Part shown: positions 59,101 through 64,000 of the stretch, piece after piece
Position numbering within the stretch: the first letter of the stretch is position 1
Layout: each line of letters opens with the position of its first letter
From: Verrucomicrobiaceae bacterium
GTDB lineage: Bacteria; Verrucomicrobiota; Verrucomicrobiia; Verrucomicrobiales; Akkermansiaceae
Length of the DNA: 64,000 nt
Assembly: GCA_051252135.1 (NCBI GenBank)
Contig: JBPOGH010000017.1
Location: forward strand, 1 to 64,000
Reading direction: 5' to 3'
Position numbers and translations under genes: made by a program
Notes under the pieces: model-generated
Database searches by the model: none
Seen by the model: only the letters and a program-made list of their open reading frames with translations
What the model was told of the DNA's origin: nothing

Positions 59101-60603
59101 ATGAAGCACCTTTTCCTCCTCCTTGCTTTATCCCTAAGCCCCTCCTTTTCTGCAATCAGCCTCTTCCAACCCCGGGATTCGCCGGATCTCGAACTCCCCG
59201 CAATTGAGGAAAACGACCCCTCCCGGTTTGCTGTCGAAGATTTCAATAAGGGAAATTACCTCGAGGCGATTCTGAGAGCACAATCCTTGGCAGAAACCGG
59301 AAACCCAACCGCTCTTCTGTTGATGGGGCTCGCCTATGAACACGGAAAGGGCATCAATCAATCCTCTGAATTGGCTCTTGAGCACTATCGGAAGGCCAGA
59401 AAAGCAGGCAATAAAGAAGCTCCGTACCGTCTCGCCCACCTGCTTGCCACCGTGGGCGGAGCCGATCGTCAACAGGAAGCCCGGTCAATCCTGGAAGCCC
59501 TCCATAAGGAAGATCGTGGGGTGGCCGCACGGCTTCTCGGACAGGGTATTCTGGAAGGCCGTTTCGGAGAGGAACCTGATTTCGATGAAACCCGAATCTG
59601 GTGGGAGAAAGCGGTCGATAAGGGGGATCAACCCGCAATTTTGACCCTCGCCCACCTCCTTGATGGCGATTTGGGATTCCCCGAAAAGCGGGATCCAGCC
59701 GGCGCGCTCAAGCTCTATTTGAAGGCTGCTGATCTAGGCGATGGCCGTGCCATGGCCATTGCTGGATCACGTCTCCTCAACGGTGGTGAGGACATCCGAG
59801 ATGAGAAAAAAGGGAAGGAACTGCTCGCAAAGGCGATCACCAACAAGCAACTGGATGCTTATCTCGTTCTCGGTGATTATGAGGAAAACGTGACGAAGGA
59901 TGATTCTGCCGCCTTCGCCCAATACCTGAAGGGAGCCGAAGCCGGCCAAGGCCAATGCATGCTCAAGGTCGCCTCCTTCATCTTGGAAGGGCGCGCTGAT
60001 CAAGAAAAGAACCCGAAAGAAGCATTGGCCTGGTTCAAAAAAGCCGGCGAGGCCGGACAAGTTCTCGGACACGTCCAGGCCGCCAAAATCCTACTCAATG
60101 GCGAAGGACTCCAGATCGTCGAAGGCTACACCCATCTCGTGGCCGCAGCGGAATCCGGACTCGTCGACATGCAAAACGAGCTCGGATTGCTCTACTTATC
60201 CGGTCGCCTCGGAGTCCGGGACCTCACCGCCGCCGCGAGCTGGTTCCAACGCTCTGCGGCAGGGAAATACCCCGCCGGAGCATTCAATCTCGCAACCCTC
60301 TATGAGCAAGGGATGGGCGTCCCCCAGAGTTTCGATCAAGCCGGTCGCCTCTACACCTTGGCCGCCAATGCCGGACACCCTCAGTCCACCAGCGCACTCG
60401 GCAGACTTCATGCAGAGGGAAGAGGGACAAAACAAAATCTCCCCGAAGCATGGGCTCTCTTCTCCCTGGCCCTCGAGCGTGGTGATCAGGATGCTAAAGA
60501 TTTCATCGACCAGGTCGCCAAGCTCCTCAAGGAAGACCAATTGAAGAAAGCTCGCGAAATTCTCGCTGAGTATCAAAAGACTCCTCCAGCCAAAGGAGAG
60601 TAG
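59101..60603 (+). CDS. Sel1-like repeat (SLR/TPR) exported protein
   Basis: Repeated A...LG..Y..G.G....A..WF.KAA..G pattern; signal peptide. Confidence 0.9.
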   Translation: MKHLFLLLALSLSPSFSAISLFQPRDSPDLELPAIEENDPSRFAVEDFNKGNYLEAILRAQSLAETGNPTALLLMGLAYEHGKGINQSSELALEHYRKARKAGNKEAPYRLAHLLATVGGADRQQEARSILEALHKEDRGVAARLLGQGILEGRFGEEPDFDETRIWWEKAVDKGDQPAILTLAHLLDGDLGFPEKRDPAGALKLYLKAADLGDGRAMAIAGSRLLNGGEDIRDEKKGKELLAKAITNKQLDAYLVLGDYEENVTKDDSAAFAQYLKGAEAGQGQCMLKVASFILEGRADQEKNPKEALAWFKKAGEAGQVLGHVQAAKILLNGEGLQIVEGYTHLVAAAESGLVDMQNELGLLYLSGRLGVRDLTAAASWFQRSAAGKYPAGAFNLATLYEQGMGVPQSFDQAGRLYTLAANAGHPQSTSALGRLHAEGRGTKQNLPEAWALFSLALERGDQDAKDFIDQVAKLLKEDQLKKAREILAEYQKTPPAKGE

Positions 60604-60616
60604 ATCCTGACCTCCT

Positions 60617-63600
60617 CTATCTTTTTTCCAGAACGATCTTGGCGTTCGCCAGATCGACTTCTCGCGTCTCTTCCGGGCCATCGGGCCAGCTCACCGTGAT
60701 GCTTCCCGTCGCCGCGTTCTCGGGCGCCGCGAAATAAAGAACCGGCTCGCTCTGGCTCAAATAACCACCCCCACCGTAAATCTCTGCCGTTTGCGAATGA
60801 ATTCCCTCGGCCGCGAAGGTCACTCTTGCTCCGATCGCCGTCGGGTTCCCTTTCGACCCCTTGAGCCGGATTGAAATTGGCCGCCCCCTTGTCGATTGAT
60901 TGGTCAACAGGCTGGGGTGGGCGCCATTCGTTCCGACAAACAGATCGGGCCGGGCGTCGTCATTCACATCACAGATCACGACCGAGCGGGCATCTCCGGT
61001 GATCAGGACTCCACTCTCCATGACAGGTGAAACTTCGAAGGGGTTCTCCTGATTGCCGGTGCCCCGGAGCAAGGCGCTGATCCCGGGATTCATCGGGCCG
61101 GTTTCCACTTGGGGCTGCGAGAAATTTTGCGCGATGAACACATCGGTCAACCCATCGGCATCCACATCGGTCAGAGCAAGGCCAAAACCCGGAGACACTT
61201 GCGCCAGCCAAGGGAGTGGCACCGGCGTAAAATGCCCCTTCCCGTCATTCATGAATGCCGTCGTCTGCAGAGTGTTGCATTCGAGTTTTAGAGCGGGTTC
61301 GAGGCGGTCTTTTTCATAGAGTCCGTCGAGAGAGGTCATCGCAAATTGCTCGAAGGTTTTGATCTTATTTTTGAGCTGCGGGATGGCATTCGACGAACAG
61401 CTGTATCCTCGTCTGGGGTAGCAAATATCACCCTCGAACTTCGCTTCGATAATGTTGAACTCACCGGTCCCGGCCATATCTCCGTAAAAGATCAGCTCGG
61501 GCTTTTTCGCCGAAGCTTTGTAAATGGTGTTCGTCCCAAAGTTAGTCGCCACGTAATCAATAAAGCCGTCTCCATTCAGGTCGCGGCCCTGGATCCCCTG
61601 CCACCAGCCCAGCAGATGATCGATCCCTGATTCCGCCGTGTGATCGCTGAATCCTTTCCCTGCATTATTCAGGAAGACCTTAATCGCCCCCCACTCATGC
61701 GCGGCCATCAGGTCAAGCCAGCCATCGTGATTGCAGTCGGTCCACAGGAGGCTGGTCACAAGACCGGTGCCCATCAATTCAGGAATCATCTCTTCCGTGA
61801 CGTCGGTGAACTTACCCGCGTCATTTCGGAGAATTCGGCTGTTCGCTGCCACCGGATATTTCCCCGGCACCATCCTCCCGCCCACCGCAAGGTCAAGATC
61901 CCCATCCCGATCGTAATCGGCCGCAACCACTGAAAAACTCGATTCCATAATCTTCGGCAACGCCCCGTCAGCATGGGTAAACTTGCCCGTTCCGTCATTG
62001 AAATACAGCCGATCTTGGTAAGCGGGATCGTCGAGCGCTGATTCCACCCCGCCACTCGCAATGTAGAGATCCTGATCCCCGTCACCATCGGCGTCAAAAA
62101 GCAGAGTCCCCATCGCTTCGGTAGCGAGATCGGAGGCAACATCATCGGACGGATTCGGAACAAAGTTCAACCCGCCATTCTCAGTCTTGGCAATGCGAAA
62201 CTCTTTCGTCGGGGAACCTTTCGAACCACCGTAAATCAATTCTGATTGGCCATCACCGGTAACATCCCCCCAAGCGACCCCCGGACCCAATTTTGCATGC
62301 GATTTGGGCAGCAGCGCTTGAACCTCGAAGTCATCAAACTCGCTTTCCAGATGCCCGATGGGAGCGTGGGATTTTCTGAAGATGGGAGTGGGTCGATCGA
62401 CCACAAACGAAACCGGTTTGTCCGGAGTGTCATCAGGCTCGTGAATGGTGTGAATCCTTCCGGCCTCCAGATTCCGAACCTCTTGAATGGCCCCGCTCGG
62501 CCATCGGATCTCTACCCGATCAACTTCTCTTGCTTTTCCAATTCCAAAATGGGCAATCGGTTCGTCGGTGCTCAGGAAGCCACCACTGGTATAAATTTCC
62601 CGGGTTTGGGAGTTCTCGCCCAAGTGAATTTCCACCCGGGCTCCCAATCCAAACTTGTTGGATTGTTTCCCCCTGAGTTGAATCTGAATGCTATTCCCCT
62701 CAGCCACCGTGTTCTCATAAAGATAGGGAGGTTCTTCCAAATTGGTAACGATCAGATCCAGATCTCCATCCCGGTCGAGATCAGCGGTGGCCGCTCCAAA
62801 GCTCATGCTCATTTGATTGAGCCCCCACTTTTTCGAAACATCTTCAAAGGTCAAATCGCCCGAGTTTCGATAGGCCAGATTCTCTTCCCGCAGTTCCGGT
62901 TTGTCTTTGTAGAAATCGAACAAATTCTTCCCGATAAGAAGCTCCCCTTTGGTGACAGAGGGCAAATCGCTATGAGTGAATTGCCGCGTCATTCCATTCG
63001 TGAAAAAGAGGTCCTGCCAACCGTCCTGATCAAAATCTTCCGCCTGAATCGCCCAAGTCCAATCCGTGGAGGCAACCCCTGTCATGTTCCCGATTTCCAG
63101 AAGCCTCGAGCTTCCCTGATTGAGATAAAAAGCGTTGCGGGGCAGCTGACGCGGGCCGAACGGCTCCTCCAGGATTTGCTCCAACCCACTCCCCATCGCT
63201 CCCATGAAGAGTTTGTTTTTATAGTGAGTGGTAGCGGACATGTCGGCCATAATCAGGTCCGTCCACCCGTTGTTGTCGACATCAAGCACTGCGGCTCCCA
63301 TCGAGGTCCAGGCGGAAGAGGGCGCGATCTGTTTGAGGACTTCGGCAAAGGTCCCGTCCCCTCGGTTTAAATAAAAGAAATCGGGCTCATGCAGGTCGTT
63401 CCCCACAAAAATGTCGGGGTAACCATCCCGGTTCCAATCCCACCACGTCACCGAGTTTCCATATCCCCGCCGTTGCCCAACTCCTGTTGATTCTGAAACA
63501 TCGACAAATTTGCCGCCGGTGTTTTTCAAGAGGATGTCCCGGCGTGAAACCTCGCGGAAAATGGGCTTTCCGTTCTCGAGACCATCGTAGTCGTAGTAAC

Positions 63601-64000
63601 GCGCGTCCTCCCCAATAACCTCACCGGTCTTGAAGTCATCGGACACTTTCATCTGGAGGTCCTCCGGTCTTCCCCCTTCCCGATAGAGTCGATGGTTGAG
63701 AAGGTAGACATCCAAAAGTCCGTCCCGGTCATAATCCGCAAAGGCCGGCATGATCCCGGCATCGACAATATCCAGCCCCCACTCTGCCGCTTTTTCCTCA
63801 AAGACGGGGAATGAACTCCCTGCCGGAGTAACGTTGATCCAGAGCTCATTGGGTGCGTCGTAATTGCAGAGATAGAGATCGAGGTCTCCGTCATTGTCGA
63901 TATCTGCAGCAGCAGCACCGCTTCCCCATCGATTCAAATCGGAAATCCCTGCTTGCTCGGTGACGTCTCGATAGGAAAATTTCGATGTCTCCGAGTAGAG
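60617..64000 (-). CDS. FG-GAP repeat / ASPIC-UnbV (CRTAC1-like) protein, 5' end beyond window
   Basis: Many D-x-D-x-D-G-D-L-D-L repeats; two ASPIC-like segments (GLGARVEI...HFGIG; AIGARVTF...GGGYLSQS); frame open to position 64000. Confidence 0.9.
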   Translation of the reverse strand, partial: LYSETSKFSYRDVTEQAGISDLNRWGSGAAAADIDNDGDLDLYLCNYDAPNELWINVTPAGSSFPVFEEKAAEWGLDIVDAGIMPAFADYDRDGLLDVYLLNHRLYREGGRPEDLQMKVSDDFKTGEVIGEDARYYDYDGLENGKPIFREVSRRDILLKNTGGKFVDVSESTGVGQRRGYGNSVTWWDWNRDGYPDIFVGNDLHEPDFFYLNRGDGTFAEVLKQIAPSSAWTSMGAAVLDVDNNGWTDLIMADMSATTHYKNKLFMGAMGSGLEQILEEPFGPRQLPRNAFYLNQGSSRLLEIGNMTGVASTDWTWAIQAEDFDQDGWQDLFFTNGMTRQFTHSDLPSVTKGELLIGKNLFDFYKDKPELREENLAYRNSGDLTFEDVSKKWGLNQMSMSFGAATADLDRDGDLDLIVTNLEEPPYLYENTVAEGNSIQIQLRGKQSNKFGLGARVEIHLGENSQTREIYTSGGFLSTDEPIAHFGIGKAREVDRVEIRWPSGAIQEVRNLEAGRIHTIHEPDDTPDKPVSFVVDRPTPIFRKSHAPIGHLESEFDDFEVQALLPKSHAKLGPGVAWGDVTGDGQSELIYGGSKGSPTKEFRIAKTENGGLNFVPNPSDDVASDLATEAMGTLLFDADGDGDQDLYIASGGVESALDDPAYQDRLYFNDGTGKFTHADGALPKIMESSFSVVAADYDRDGDLDLAVGGRMVPGKYPVAANSRILRNDAGKFTDVTEEMIPELMGTGLVTSLLWTDCNHDGWLDLMAAHEWGAIKVFLNNAGKGFSDHTAESGIDHLLGWWQGIQGRDLNGDGFIDYVATNFGTNTIYKASAKKPELIFYGDMAGTGEFNIIEAKFEGDICYPRRGYSCSSNAIPQLKNKIKTFEQFAMTSLDGLYEKDRLEPALKLECNTLQTTAFMNDGKGHFTPVPLPWLAQVSPGFGLALTDVDADGLTDVFIAQNFSQPQVETGPMNPGISALLRGTGNQENPFEVSPVMESGVLITGDARSVVICDVNDDARPDLFVGTNGAHPSLLTNQSTRGRPISIRLKGSKGNPTAIGARVTFAAEGIHSQTAEIYGGGGYLSQSEPVLYFAAPENAATGSITVSWPDGPEETREVDLANAKIVLEKR

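Overview
64-kb bacterial chromosomal window, most consistent with a Verrucomicrobiota (PVC) genome. This is inferred from the PEP-CTERM proteins, the DUF1800/DUF1501 pair, the D-x-D-G-D-G repeat secreted proteins and the PDZ/trypsin tandems. The backbone is housekeeping (xerD, tRNA-Arg(TCT), tmk, smpB, rpoZ, rpmI-rplT, a beta-CASP nuclease) with sugar-acid catabolism genes and many secreted or surface proteins. Two accessory elements stand out. (1) A defence island at ~29.1-41.4 kb: Fic-wHTH, a complete EcoKI-like type I R-M whose HsdS carries an extra ~72-aa C-terminal domain, an overlapping ABC ATPase + HNH nuclease pair, and a DUF3883-type nuclease, all preceded by four 33-bp palindromes. 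(2) An integron-type cassette array at 6.3-7.7 kb with attC sites and its own sigma70 promoter, divergent from an ordinary XerD rather than an IntI. Also present: two MITE families (one splits a reconstructable promoter), a PEP-CTERM pseudogene missed by the ORF track, a structured rpmI-rplT spacer, and very strong C-over-G skew on the + strand that generates many spurious ORFs. All family assignments come from motif recognition by eye; no database searches were run.
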